Shown piece after piece: positions 9,789-21,291 of a stretch of 64,000 nucleotides of DNA. The DNA is from Lachnospiraceae bacterium (GTDB lineage Bacteria; Bacillota; Clostridia; Lachnospirales; Lachnospiraceae), in assembly GCA_029224965.1 (NCBI GenBank), contig JAQXVO010000020.1, positions 67,972 to 131,971 on the forward strand. The letters run 5' to 3'. Under the pieces are notes generated by a model. It worked only from the letters and a program-made list of their open reading frames with translations, was not told the origin of the DNA and did not search any database. Position numbers and translations under genes: made by a program. Position 1 is the stretch's first letter, and every line of letters begins with the position of its first letter.

Positions 9789-10712
9789 TCAGTTTTCCGG
9801 TCTCCCCAGGAAAATGTAGGGCGTGGCCTGATAGACATAGTAGTTCAGCCAGTTGGTGTAAAGCGTATTGGCGTGGCCTCTCCACTGCATGACTGGCCGC
9901 TGGGCCGGATCATCATTGGGATAATAGTTGACCGGAAGCTGAATCTCAATGCCCTTGTCCAGATCTCTCTTATATTCCTTATCCAGGGTCATCCGGTCAT
10001 ATTCCGGATGGCCCATAACGAAGATCTGGCTCCCGTCTTCATTCATGACGAGGAATGTCCCTGCATCGACAGATTCCGCCAGAACGATGAGATTCGGATT
10101 GGCGGAAATCTCCGAAGCAAGACTCTCCGTATAGCGGGAATGCGGAGCCATGAAATAATCATCGAAACCGCGGACCAGAGGCACTCTTCTGTGGAAGACT
10201 TTGTGGGCGTAGACACCGAACAGCTTTTTGGGAAGTTCTCTCTTATGGATTCCATAGTGATAATAGAGACCGGCCTGGGCTCCCCAGCAGAGATGCAAGG
10301 TGGAAGTCACATGGGTTTTGGACCATTTCATGATATAAGTCATCTCCGGCCAGTAGTCGACTTCCTCAAATTCCATCTGTTCAATCGGCGCTCCGGTGAT
10401 GATCAGGCCATCGAAAAATCGGTCTTCCACATCATATATGGTCTGGTAAAACTGATTGAGATGGCTCTTGGTCGTATTCTTGGAGATATGGCTCCGGATA
10501 GCCAGAAAAGTCACATTGACCTGAAGCGGTGTATTGGAAAGCATCCTTAAGAGATGAAGTTCCGTATCCTCCTTCAGAGGCATGAGATTCAGAATTGCAA
10601 TATTCAGGGGCCGGATATCCTGGTGGGTCGACCGCTCCTCGTCCATCACAAAAATATTCTCTTGTTCCAGGATTGCCTTGGCCGGCAAATCCCCTCTGGT
10701 ACAAATAGGCAT
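9789..10712 (-). CDS. metA: homoserine O-acyltransferase MetA, acetyl-type signature
   Basis: ILNLMP, ITGAPIE, LCWGAQA, GHPEY; start ATG 10712 with GAGGTG RBS. Confidence 0.93.
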   Translation of the reverse strand: MPICTRGDLPAKAILEQENIFVMDEERSTHQDIRPLNIAILNLMPLKEDTELHLLRMLSNTPLQVNVTFLAIRSHISKNTTKSHLNQFYQTIYDVEDRFFDGLIITGAPIEQMEFEEVDYWPEMTYIMKWSKTHVTSTLHLCWGAQAGLYYHYGIHKRELPKKLFGVYAHKVFHRRVPLVRGFDDYFMAPHSRYTESLASEISANPNLIVLAESVDAGTFLVMNEDGSQIFVMGHPEYDRMTLDKEYKRDLDKGIEIQLPVNYYPNDDPAQRPVMQWRGHANTLYTNWLNYYVYQATPYIFLGRPEN

Positions 10713-10778
10713 AACTTTCACCTCAATCAAATTCATGTAAGCAGTCAGTTAAGCTCTGACTGCAGATTTTTCAATGAT

Positions 10779-12812
<2,034 letters not shown>

Positions 12813-14174
12813 TTACCGGTTGCTGTAGCTGTCACCATGATGGGTGCGGGAAGAATAGCTTCCGGACTGATAGCCCCGGCGGTCATTTCCGCCAGACCGT
12901 CTGTTCTCAGCGGATTCGCTTCGGTCCTGGTAAGACCTTCTTCCCTTATAGGGCCGGTCACCGTAGGACTTGTTTCCATATCCATTGGAACGATTGTCCC
13001 GGTCTCCATAGGATCTGCGATTATCACTGCGGTCCCCATAGGGCTTCTTACTATAAGATTTTTCCCCATAAGATTTGTTTCCGTAAGACCTGTCTCTGTC
13101 GCCATAGGAGCGGCGGCTCTCGTTACGATCGCCATAGGACTTCTCGCCGTAGGACCGGTTTCCGTAAGGGCGGTCTTCCCTGGACCGGTCTCCGTAAGGA
13201 CGGCGGTTATCACGATCGCCGTAAGACCTGCTATAGGATCTGCCTTCCGAAGATCTGTCGCCGTAGGAGCGCCTGTCTTCGCCTGTGCTCCGGTCGCCGT
13301 AAGGCTTCCGCTCTCCATAAGACTTACGGTCTCCATAAGATCTGCCCTCGGAACGGCTGCCGCTGTAGGATTTTCTCTCATAGGGCTTTTTCCCGTAAGG
13401 CTTCTTTCCGAAGGATTTCTTCGGTCTCGGTCCGGAAATCGGATCACTGTAGGAGTCCTTCAGACTCTCGATCAGATCTTTCTTTTCCTCCTCCGTCAGC
13501 TGACGGTAGGCACCCTCCTCCAGATCTGCGATCTTAAGATTCATGATGCGGATCCGGCAGAGATCCTTGACCTTCTTACCCAGCATCTCGCACATTCGGC
13601 GAATCTGCCGGTTCAGGCCCTGGGTCAGTACGATGTGGAAGGTATCGTAGCTGGTTTTCCAGCACTTGCAGGGTCTGGTCTTGACATGAAGATCGGTCAG
13701 ATAGACCCCTTTCTGCATCTGATTTAAGAAATCCTCTGTGACTTCGCTGTCAATTTTTACAACATATTCCTTCTCATGGAAATTACCGCCGCGGTTCAGC
13801 TTATTGACCAAATCTCCCTGATTGGTCAGGAGAATGAGTCCGCGGGAATCCTTATCCAGACGTCCGACCGGATAGACCCGGACCGGATAGTTCAGATAGT
13901 CAACAATATTATTCTTTTCCTTCTTCTCAGCCGTACAGACAATTCCCCGGGGCTTGTTCAGAAGGAGGAGAACTTCCGGCTCCTTATGCTCCACTACCTC
14001 TTCCCGGAAAATGACCGTCTCGCCTTCCTGGACACGGTCTCCGAGAACAGCCGTTCTTCCGTCAATCATGACTTCGCCGGCTTCGATGGCCTGATCCGCC
14101 TCTCTCCGGGAGCAGACACCTGCCTCGCTCAGATACTTATTCAGCCGGGTTCCGCTTCTTTTTTCTTCTTCCAT
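12813..14174 (-). CDS. RsuA/RluB/RluF-family rRNA pseudouridine synthase with a ~200-aa Ser/Tyr/Gly/Arg repeat tail
   Basis: S4 domain (RLNKYLSEAGVCSRREAD), GRLDKDS catalytic Asp, QGLNRQIRRM. Confidence 0.9.
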   Translation of the reverse strand: MEEEKRSGTRLNKYLSEAGVCSRREADQAIEAGEVMIDGRTAVLGDRVQEGETVIFREEVVEHKEPEVLLLLNKPRGIVCTAEKKEKNNIVDYLNYPVRVYPVGRLDKDSRGLILLTNQGDLVNKLNRGGNFHEKEYVVKIDSEVTEDFLNQMQKGVYLTDLHVKTRPCKCWKTSYDTFHIVLTQGLNRQIRRMCEMLGKKVKDLCRIRIMNLKIADLEEGAYRQLTEEEKKDLIESLKDSYSDPISGPRPKKSFGKKPYGKKPYERKSYSGSRSEGRSYGDRKSYGERKPYGDRSTGEDRRSYGDRSSEGRSYSRSYGDRDNRRPYGDRSREDRPYGNRSYGEKSYGDRNESRRSYGDRDRSYGNKSYGEKSYSKKPYGDRSDNRRSYGDRDNRSNGYGNKSYGDRPYKGRRSYQDRSESAENRRSGGNDRRGYQSGSYSSRTHHGDSYSNR

Positions 14175-14410
14175 ATTTTATTTCTCCTTTGTATCTTCCT
14201 GCTTTCTCAAGCAGGACCTTCAATAAAAAATCCGGACGGATTTTCGGTTCTGTTTTTCTATATCATAGAACTTTATCGTTAAAAACGAAATACTTGTAAA
14301 TACAAATTAGCTGACGTGTAGATTTTGACCTAATGAGATAATTAGAGAAAAAAGCTGTGAATCTGCGGGAAGTTCCCGGAATTCACAGCTCTCTTTCAAA
14401 AATGCTTTGA

Positions 14411-15508
14411 TCAGTGAAGCAGCTCTGTCTTCACATAACCGGATGCGCCGGAGTAGGTTGTAACCTGGGTCCAGCCGTTATTGTAGCTCTTTCCGATGGT
14501 CAGGGGCTCGCTGACATAGCCAAGTCCGACAATGGAAGCCTGATCATTCATATCCGAACGGACACGTACAGTCTGGGTCAGGGTGATGGTTCCGCCCTCT
14601 GTCAGACCATCCACAGTAATTTCCTGCGGTCCGGTCTGTGCGGCAGCCTGCTGATCCGTGGTGTTGGTATCGGTACTGCTGTCTGTATCCGAGCTGTCCT
14701 TCTTGTCATCGGATTTCGAATCATCGGATTTCGAATCATCGGACTGATCGGAAGCATCCGCGGACTGGGTGCCTGCATTCTTGGCATAATCCGTTGCCCA
14801 GCTTGTTGTCGCATCCGGAAGAGTGGTATTGAGAAGGGTGTTCAGATCCTCATCCTTTAACAGAGCCTCATTGAACTTCTGCTGAACCTTGGTCTGAAGC
14901 TTGGCAACATCATCCTGCTGCTCAAAGGCAGCGATCAGAGCTGTTACCTTGGAATCCATCTCCTCTTCCTGGTTATTGGTATTGAAGGTGGAATACTGGT
15001 TGGCAATATAGAGCGAACCGTTGTCATCGGTCATGACATAGAAGAATTCCATGCCCGGAGCCGGTGTCTCTGCATCCTTGAATTTGATTTCCATGGTTGC
15101 GGATACCAGATAGGACTTGTCGTCAAGGCCGCGCTTGCTGTAGATATCGATATTTTCATAGGACTCTACATACTGGCTGAAGAACTTGATGTAGCTCTTC
15201 TCCTTATCCGAGATCGGCTTTGCAAGCTTGGAAAGCGAATCCACATCTCCCTTGGAATAGAATTTGAAGTAATTGTTGATCAGCTTGTTCAGCGCCTTTT
15301 CCTGGCTGGAGGAATCCTTCTTGTTTTCCACCTGCTTATAGGACTGATAGGCACCCGCCATGGGATTTTCATCCTGGGCTGTCGTATCCGTACATCTTAC
15401 CAGAATAAGGACCATTCCGATCAGAACCAGAGCAGCCAGATAATAGCGATACTTCTTCGGGTCCGCCACTTTCGATAGGAAATTTCCTGCTTTTTCTTTA
15501 AAACTCAT
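14411..15508 (-). CDS. membrane-anchored protein with an Asp/Ser linker and a C-terminal bacterial SH3 domain
   Basis: N-terminal TM; SDDSK repeats; VRVRS...GW.QV....SGYVKTELL SH3_3 pattern. Confidence 0.75.
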   Translation of the reverse strand: MSFKEKAGNFLSKVADPKKYRYYLAALVLIGMVLILVRCTDTTAQDENPMAGAYQSYKQVENKKDSSSQEKALNKLINNYFKFYSKGDVDSLSKLAKPISDKEKSYIKFFSQYVESYENIDIYSKRGLDDKSYLVSATMEIKFKDAETPAPGMEFFYVMTDDNGSLYIANQYSTFNTNNQEEEMDSKVTALIAAFEQQDDVAKLQTKVQQKFNEALLKDEDLNTLLNTTLPDATTSWATDYAKNAGTQSADASDQSDDSKSDDSKSDDKKDSSDTDSSTDTNTTDQQAAAQTGPQEITVDGLTEGGTITLTQTVRVRSDMNDQASIVGLGYVSEPLTIGKSYNNGWTQVTTYSGASGYVKTELLH

Positions 15509-15699
15509 TCAAATCCCTCCAAGGACTTATCATCGATACATACGAATCAAAAACAAATGAAGATCTGCAGAACAGAAATCATACGAATAATCAAATGAAT
15601 GAAAAACCGTATAAACAGAAATCATACAGATGAAATCAGATTAAGAAAAAGGCTAAGCTTTTTCTATAAAAAAAGGCATTCCTAAGAATGCCAGTAAAA

Positions 15700-15773
15700 T
15701 GTAGGCGGCGGGATTCGAACCCGCGGTCTTCGGAGTCGGAGTCCGACGCTCTATCCAGCTAAGCCACGTCTAC
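15700..15773 (-). tRNA. tRNA-Arg(CCG)
   Basis: Cloverleaf; anticodon arm TCGGA-CTCCGAC-TCCGA; GGTTCGAATCC T-arm; A20 present; CCA not encoded. Confidence 0.92.
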
Positions 15774-15883
15774 ATATGGAAACTTATCCGAACTCATTTT
15801 CAGCCGGAGAAGGCGGGTGAAACTGTTCGTCTCAAATCACTCACCGGAATATAATATCAAAGTGACTTTGGAAAGTCAACCTC

Positions 15884-16666
15884 TTAAAAATTCCCATTCA
15901 GGGAATCATGAACCTGATTGAGAATCATCTGGAGTTTCTTATAACTGACGTGTCCGTTCAGATCACTCTTTCCGGCCTTGCCGAAGGTGACGGCCGAGCC
16001 GAAAATTTCACCGGTAACCCGGGTCAGAAAGCCGTCCTCCCCCATGGACAGGGTGATGACCGGCGTATCAGGATGGCTCCTGTGAAAGCGGTTTGTGACC
16101 TTTAAAAGTTCCAGAAGATCATCGGGATCCTCGGGAGTTACGGCAAGCTCCACCATATCGGCACCCGCTTTTCGCATCTTTTCCAGAAGGTCCAGAAGAT
16201 CTACCGATTTGGCTGTCTGCATATAGTCGTGATCCGAGGTCAGAACCCTGACCCCGCATTCATGGATGCGGCGGATTTCCTGGGCCGGATGTGGGAATTC
16301 ATTGTATTCGATATCGATAAAATCACAGACTCCCGAGATGGCAGCAATGTCATAAATTTTCTGAAGATAGGAAGCCGATGGTTCTGTCCGGCCGCCCTGA
16401 GGAATGGTCCGGACGGTAAAGAGGAGAACCGTATTTTCGACCATGGGTGACAGAGTACGGAAGAACTCGGTCAGCCGGTCCTCGTCATAGAGACCGTCAA
16501 AGAAATCGCCCCGGATTTCAATCATAGGAATACACTCGTCGGTCAGACTCTTCACCTGACGCAGGATATCTTCCTCTCTCTGCTCGGCAATCGTAACACA
16601 AAGTACCGGCATGCCCTCGCCGAAGGTCTGTCCCTTGATTACCAGTTTCTCATTTGCTTCTGCCAT
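15884..16666 (-). CDS. type I 3-dehydroquinate dehydratase homolog, Schiff-base Lys replaced by Glu
   Basis: IEIRGD, LFTVRT..QGG, SDHD, ITLSMG...TRV.GEIFGSAVTFG; GADMVELAV in place of GADxxKxAV; start approximate. Confidence 0.8.
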   Translation of the reverse strand: MAEANEKLVIKGQTFGEGMPVLCVTIAEQREEDILRQVKSLTDECIPMIEIRGDFFDGLYDEDRLTEFFRTLSPMVENTVLLFTVRTIPQGGRTEPSASYLQKIYDIAAISGVCDFIDIEYNEFPHPAQEIRRIHECGVRVLTSDHDYMQTAKSVDLLDLLEKMRKAGADMVELAVTPEDPDDLLELLKVTNRFHRSHPDTPVITLSMGEDGFLTRVTGEIFGSAVTFGKAGKSDLNGHVSYKKLQMILNQVHDSLNGNF

Positions 16667-16825
16667 GATCACGCCTCTGTTTCCCTCAATATCCCCTGAA
16701 TTCTCATTCAAGTGATCTGAACCGGACTTTTCCCTGTCCGGATATTTCATGTGCTCTTTACGGCCTTGCAGCTTTTGATTTTTCTGCATCCTTTTCTAAT
16801 GCCGGCTTTTGATTTCTGCCCATCC

Positions 16826-17143
16826 TCAGGCCTTATAGGAAGGAATTTCAAAATCCATGCAGACACGGCTCTTGGTGTAGGGTCGAACCTTGCCGTTGGC
16901 TACTGCCAGATGACTGGGATGATTTGCATAAACTTTCAGGGCATCCTCGTCGACCAGGGTGCAGTTGAGGCAGACATCCGCATTGGAGGACGGAAGTGCC
17001 TCGGTTTCCACATGAACCTCAAGAAGTCCAGGGACCTTTCCGACCAGTCCCTCCAGTCCTTCCTTGATACCCTTCTTGATTTCCTTCTTTTCTTCCTCAG
17101 AATACTCGTCTTTCAGCTGCCATAAGATAATATGCTTTACCAT
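16826..17143 (-). CDS. Dabb (stress-responsive A/B barrel) family protein
   Basis: MVKHIILWQLK...YANHPSH...RVCMDFE. Confidence 0.88.
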   Translation of the reverse strand: MVKHIILWQLKDEYSEEEKKEIKKGIKEGLEGLVGKVPGLLEVHVETEALPSSNADVCLNCTLVDEDALKVYANHPSHLAVANGKVRPYTKSRVCMDFEIPSYKA

Positions 17144-17368
17144 AACTGATCCTTCTCTCCTTCCGGAATGTACGGGTTCTTTTTTCCCGTTTTCTATAAC
17201 CGTTTACAGGTTTCTGTTTCTTCTTATTCTCTTTAAGACTCGATCTCACATCTCTTTGTATTATCCCAAATCAGAGATGTCATTTCCAGCCTTTTCCTTA
17301 TTTCTCTCTATACCAAAGTCTTCTGAACCGGCTGCATCCAGCTTGCCGATCATTCAGATTCCACTCCC

Positions 17369-17680
17369 CTATTTCAAGAGCTTCAGAATCCATTCCGTAA
17401 GAAAGACCGCTCCGCAGCAGGACAAGGCCACGGCGAAGAGATCACCCCAGACCCATGCCACAAAGAGACCGACCAGAAGAGCCGCCAGGCCTGAAACAAT
17501 ATTGCCGGTCGCGGTCAGGATGGCCGGAAAGGTCATGACAGCCAGTGTCACATAGGGCACATAGAAAAGGAAAGAGCGAATGAAACGGTTCTTGATGGGC
17601 TTCCGGATAAAAAGGAAGGGCGCCAGACGGATGGCATAAATGGTCAATGCAATGACCGTAATCATGAGATAAATCCGCAT
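17369..17680 (-). CDS. azlD: AzlD-family branched-chain amino acid exporter, small subunit
   Basis: IRLAPF, FLFYVPYVTLAVMTFP; abuts azlC. Confidence 0.85.
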   Translation of the reverse strand: MRIYLMITVIALTIYAIRLAPFLFIRKPIKNRFIRSFLFYVPYVTLAVMTFPAILTATGNIVSGLAALLVGLFVAWVWGDLFAVALSCCGAVFLTEWILKLLK

Positions 17681-18382
17681 CTACTCCACCTCCCTTGGCT
17701 TGATCCAGGCTGCCAGGGCCGACAGAATCAGGGTCAGAAGAATGATCCGGAAGCCGGATCCGATCTTTGAAATATAGGGCAGAACCGAGCAGAGGAAGCT
17801 TAGGCCCATGGAAGCCGCCACCAGAAGTCCGATGAAATGGTCTACCTTTGCCGGCGGAATAATAATGGCCAGGAACATGCCATACATGGCGACTCCCAGG
17901 GCATTTCCAGCCCAGGCTGGAAGAATATTCCCGACCACAACTCCGAGAACCGTACCGGCTGCCCAGCCGCTGATCGAGGGCAGGGCAATCCCATAGGTAT
18001 AGGCGGGATGCAGCTTTCCCTCGACGGTTGCAGAGAGGCCGAAGATTTCATCCGTAACGAAAAAGGGCAGTAGGAAACGATGGACGGGGCGGACGTCCTC
18101 CGGGAGCTTCTGGGTCAGACTCACACTCATGAGGAAATACCGCATGTTGACGACAATAGAGGTGAGAATTGACTCCAGAATGCCTGCTGCAGAACCGATT
18201 AAACCGATGGCTGCAAATTCACCTGCCGACGCCACCATGCTGACCGACATATAGCCTGCCTGGATGGCATCCATACCTACATTTTTCGCTGCAATTCCAA
18301 GGGCAAAGGATACGGCAAAATATCCTGCTGCGATCGGGATTCCGTTTTTCATTCCTTTCCGGAACCACTTTGAAGAAGTCAT
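17681..18382 (-). CDS. azlC: AzlC-family branched-chain amino acid exporter
   Basis: GIPIAAGY, ASAGEF, VNMRYFLMS, TDEIF. Confidence 0.88.
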   Translation of the reverse strand: MTSSKWFRKGMKNGIPIAAGYFAVSFALGIAAKNVGMDAIQAGYMSVSMVASAGEFAAIGLIGSAAGILESILTSIVVNMRYFLMSVSLTQKLPEDVRPVHRFLLPFFVTDEIFGLSATVEGKLHPAYTYGIALPSISGWAAGTVLGVVVGNILPAWAGNALGVAMYGMFLAIIIPPAKVDHFIGLLVAASMGLSFLCSVLPYISKIGSGFRIILLTLILSALAAWIKPREVE

Positions 18383-18400
18383 GAGCTTCCTTTCCAATAA

Positions 18401-19930
18401 CTACTCTTCTGCTTCCGCTCTGTCCTCTGCCAGACTGCGTTTCCGGATGATCAGTAAGACAATGGTCAGAATAATCAGAGAGGAAGCAAGCGTGATCACC
18501 CAGTTCTCCGTAAAGCCTCCGATGATATAGCCGACAACGCAGACAGCCACAACAACCAGGGCATACTGCATCTGGGTCTGGACATGGTTGATATGATTGC
18601 TCTGGGCACCGGAGCTGGACATAATGGTCGTATCCGAAATCGGGGAAACATGGTCGCCGCAGACCGCACCGGCAAGAACTGCCGCTACCGAAAGGATCAT
18701 CATGGTCTCATCACTCTTGGAGAACATATTGACGACAATGGGAACAAGAATGGCAAAGGTGCCCCAGCTGGTTCCGGAGGAGAAGGCGATGAAGACCGCG
18801 ATCAGGAAAATGATGACCGGAATGAAATGGGCCCATCCGGAGGACAGGTTGATGGAATTTCGGACGAAATCACCAAGACCCAGCTTGTCAGTCGTGCCTT
18901 TCAGGGTCCAGGCCAGAGTCAGGATCAGAATAGCAGGCATCATAAGCTTTCCGCCTTCGGGAACAGAATTCATGAAATCCTTGAAGCCGATGACCCTGCG
19001 CGGCAGATAGTAGATGAGAAGGAAGGCCACTGTAATCAGACCTGCAAAAACCAGGGATTCCGAAGACGAGCAGTTAGCAAAATCTTCGATCAGATTCTTT
19101 CCTCCGTTCAGATGACCAGTCCAGATCATACAGCCGATTGCCGTGCCGATCATGACCAGCATGGGAAGGATCAGATCAGAAACCTTTCCCTTGGCGTATT
19201 TACCGCCCTCGGTCGGGTCTTTCTTTTCCTGATTCTGGAAGACCTCACCTCCGGAAGTAAAGAGATCGCCCTTTGCCGCATTCTTCTCGTGGACCTTCAT
19301 GAGACCGAAATCAAAACCGGCGATGGAGGTAAAGAAGACCATATAAAGGGTCAGGATCGCATAGAGATTAAAGGGAATGGTTGATACGAACATCTGAAAG
19401 CCCGACATGGAACTGTTCTTGGGCACATAGGAATTGACCGCCGCTGCCCAGGAGGAAATCGGAGCGATAATGCAGACCGGGGCAGCCGTCGCATCAATGA
19501 TATAGGCGAGCTTGGCCCGGCTGATCTTATATTTGTCTGTGACCGGCCGCATGACGGAGCCGACCGTCAGACAGTTGAAATAGTCATCGACGAAAATCAG
19601 AACACCCAGAAGGGAGGTTGCGACCAGTGCTGCTCTCTTCGATTTCAAACGTTTCGAAGCCCACTCACCATAGGCCCGGGTTCCGCCCGATTCCTGCATG
19701 AGCATAACAATCATGCCAAGAAGAATCATGAACATGAGAATCGAGAAATCCACGCTGTCTATCATGATATGAAACAGCGTGTCAAAGGCAGCCCATGGAT
19801 GAAAATTGGTAGCCAGCAGGGCTCCCAGGGCGCATCCTGCAAAGAGGGAAATATAGACCTCCTTGGTCAGAAGTGCCAGAACAATTGCAACAACCGGCGG
19901 CATCAGAGACCACCACGTACCTATAAACAT
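18401..19930 (-). CDS. NhaC-family Na+/H+ antiporter or amino acid transporter
   Basis: IFVDDYFN, DATAAP, SGTSWGTF, GDHVSPISDTTIMSS. Confidence 0.88.
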   Translation of the reverse strand: MFIGTWWSLMPPVVAIVLALLTKEVYISLFAGCALGALLATNFHPWAAFDTLFHIMIDSVDFSILMFMILLGMIVMLMQESGGTRAYGEWASKRLKSKRAALVATSLLGVLIFVDDYFNCLTVGSVMRPVTDKYKISRAKLAYIIDATAAPVCIIAPISSWAAAVNSYVPKNSSMSGFQMFVSTIPFNLYAILTLYMVFFTSIAGFDFGLMKVHEKNAAKGDLFTSGGEVFQNQEKKDPTEGGKYAKGKVSDLILPMLVMIGTAIGCMIWTGHLNGGKNLIEDFANCSSSESLVFAGLITVAFLLIYYLPRRVIGFKDFMNSVPEGGKLMMPAILILTLAWTLKGTTDKLGLGDFVRNSINLSSGWAHFIPVIIFLIAVFIAFSSGTSWGTFAILVPIVVNMFSKSDETMMILSVAAVLAGAVCGDHVSPISDTTIMSSSGAQSNHINHVQTQMQYALVVVAVCVVGYIIGGFTENWVITLASSLIILTIVLLIIRKRSLAEDRAEAEE

Positions 19931-20023
19931 AATCTTTCTCCTCCTCTTCCCATTTTCCTGCCGGAATTCTCATGAAATTCCGGATATTACCTGTAAGCCT
20001 GTTTTTTCCAGATACCTGTCTGA

Positions 20024-20614
20024 TCAGTTCTGTTTCTTCTGTGCATCCTGTCCGAGAATGCGGTGCTTTATATTTTCTCCCAGGAGATGACAGGCTCCGC
20101 CGATCAGAGCTCCCAGGGTATTATTAATGATGTCATCGGTCTCAAAAACGCCGATGCAGAAGATCAGCTGCAGAGTTTCGATCAGAAAGGACAGGGCGCA
20201 GCCGATCAGAAGGATCCGCCAGAGCCCGGCCTTCTTGAAATTCGCCCGGAGCATAAAACCGAAGGGAACATAAAGGAAGATATTTAAGAGTCCTTCCCTC
20301 AGATAATAGTTATTCCCCTGCATGGCCAGGCGGTAGCTGTAAAAGGGCGTGAAAACATATCGGCGGTAGGTCACCGGCCGAAAGAAAATGGTTTCATAGA
20401 AAATGAGAAAGACCGTGGCAAAAAGAATCCATGCCTTAATAGATTTCCGGTGTCTTTCTGTAAATGATAAAACTTTCTTTCCACGATCCTCACCCGGCTG
20501 CCGGCTGCCGGTCTCTTCCTTTCGGGCTGCTGTAAGATCCAGAAGGGAGGATCCAATGACAAAAATCACCATAGCAGTCACAAGATAGACTGAAATTCGT
20601 ACTACTGTATCCAT
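20024..20614 (-). CDS. VanZ-family membrane protein
   Basis: LNIFLYVPFG, SFLIETLQ, ETDDIINNTLG. Confidence 0.85.
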   Translation of the reverse strand: MDTVVRISVYLVTAMVIFVIGSSLLDLTAARKEETGSRQPGEDRGKKVLSFTERHRKSIKAWILFATVFLIFYETIFFRPVTYRRYVFTPFYSYRLAMQGNNYYLREGLLNIFLYVPFGFMLRANFKKAGLWRILLIGCALSFLIETLQLIFCIGVFETDDIINNTLGALIGGACHLLGENIKHRILGQDAQKKQN

Positions 20615-20793
20615 AATCTATAAATATTCACTGTTTCCGTATGACAGGGTAATTTCCAATTTGTTTTCTATTATACCCTATTCCGGAGAATTTTCAGGAA
20701 AAAAAATGGCGGACAGGAAAATCCTGTCCGCCAGCATTGCTCATCCTCCGGCTTCGATATTCAATCGGAAACCGGAATACAGATCAATTGGAA

Positions 20794-20970
20794 TTATTTA
20801 TTCTCATTTCTTCTGGTGTATGCATAGTACTGAGGCTCATAAACCATGGTTGCATACTCGATATAGGATTCCTTGAGGGAATTCCAAAGCTTTCTTGCTG
20901 CAGATACATGCTTCTGATTTGCAGTATGAAGATTTCTGTTTTCTGTAGGATTTAATGCGATTGTTGCCAT
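20794..20970 (-). CDS. small hypothetical protein (~58 aa)
   Basis: AAAGAGG RBS, upstream TATAAT, downstream hairpin GGCGGACAGG/CCTGTCCGCC (20708-20732). Confidence 0.6.
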   Translation of the reverse strand: MATIALNPTENRNLHTANQKHVSAARKLWNSLKESYIEYATMVYEPQYYAYTRRNENK

Positions 20971-21291
20971 AATAATCAACCTCTTTTCTTTTTGGTTTTT
21001 TCTTTTCTTTCTTCTCTCTCTTGATTACGAAACCATTATATGTCCAAGAGGTTTTCTTTGCTCCCCAAATTATGAAAAACTATGGCCAGATTTTGCATTT
21101 AATCCTATAAAAAGACTGACAAATCCTTCTGCTTTTCTCAGAATATCAGCTGTGTTTTCAAGGAAATAGACAGACAGCTCCTCGGTTATTGTCAGACATT
21201 AATGCAGTTTCAAGGAAGAGCAACTCGCCAAATTCGAAGAAAAGCCACTGCAGTCGAGCAAGGTTGCTTCTGCAGTGGCCTATATTTTATC

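Noticed and set aside
15700-15773. Possible CGG codon reassignment via the atypical tRNA(CCG)
   Set aside because: Arg identity elements A20 and A73 are present, and CGG falls at conserved Arg positions such as ArgD FHGRT and RecA GGRALKF.
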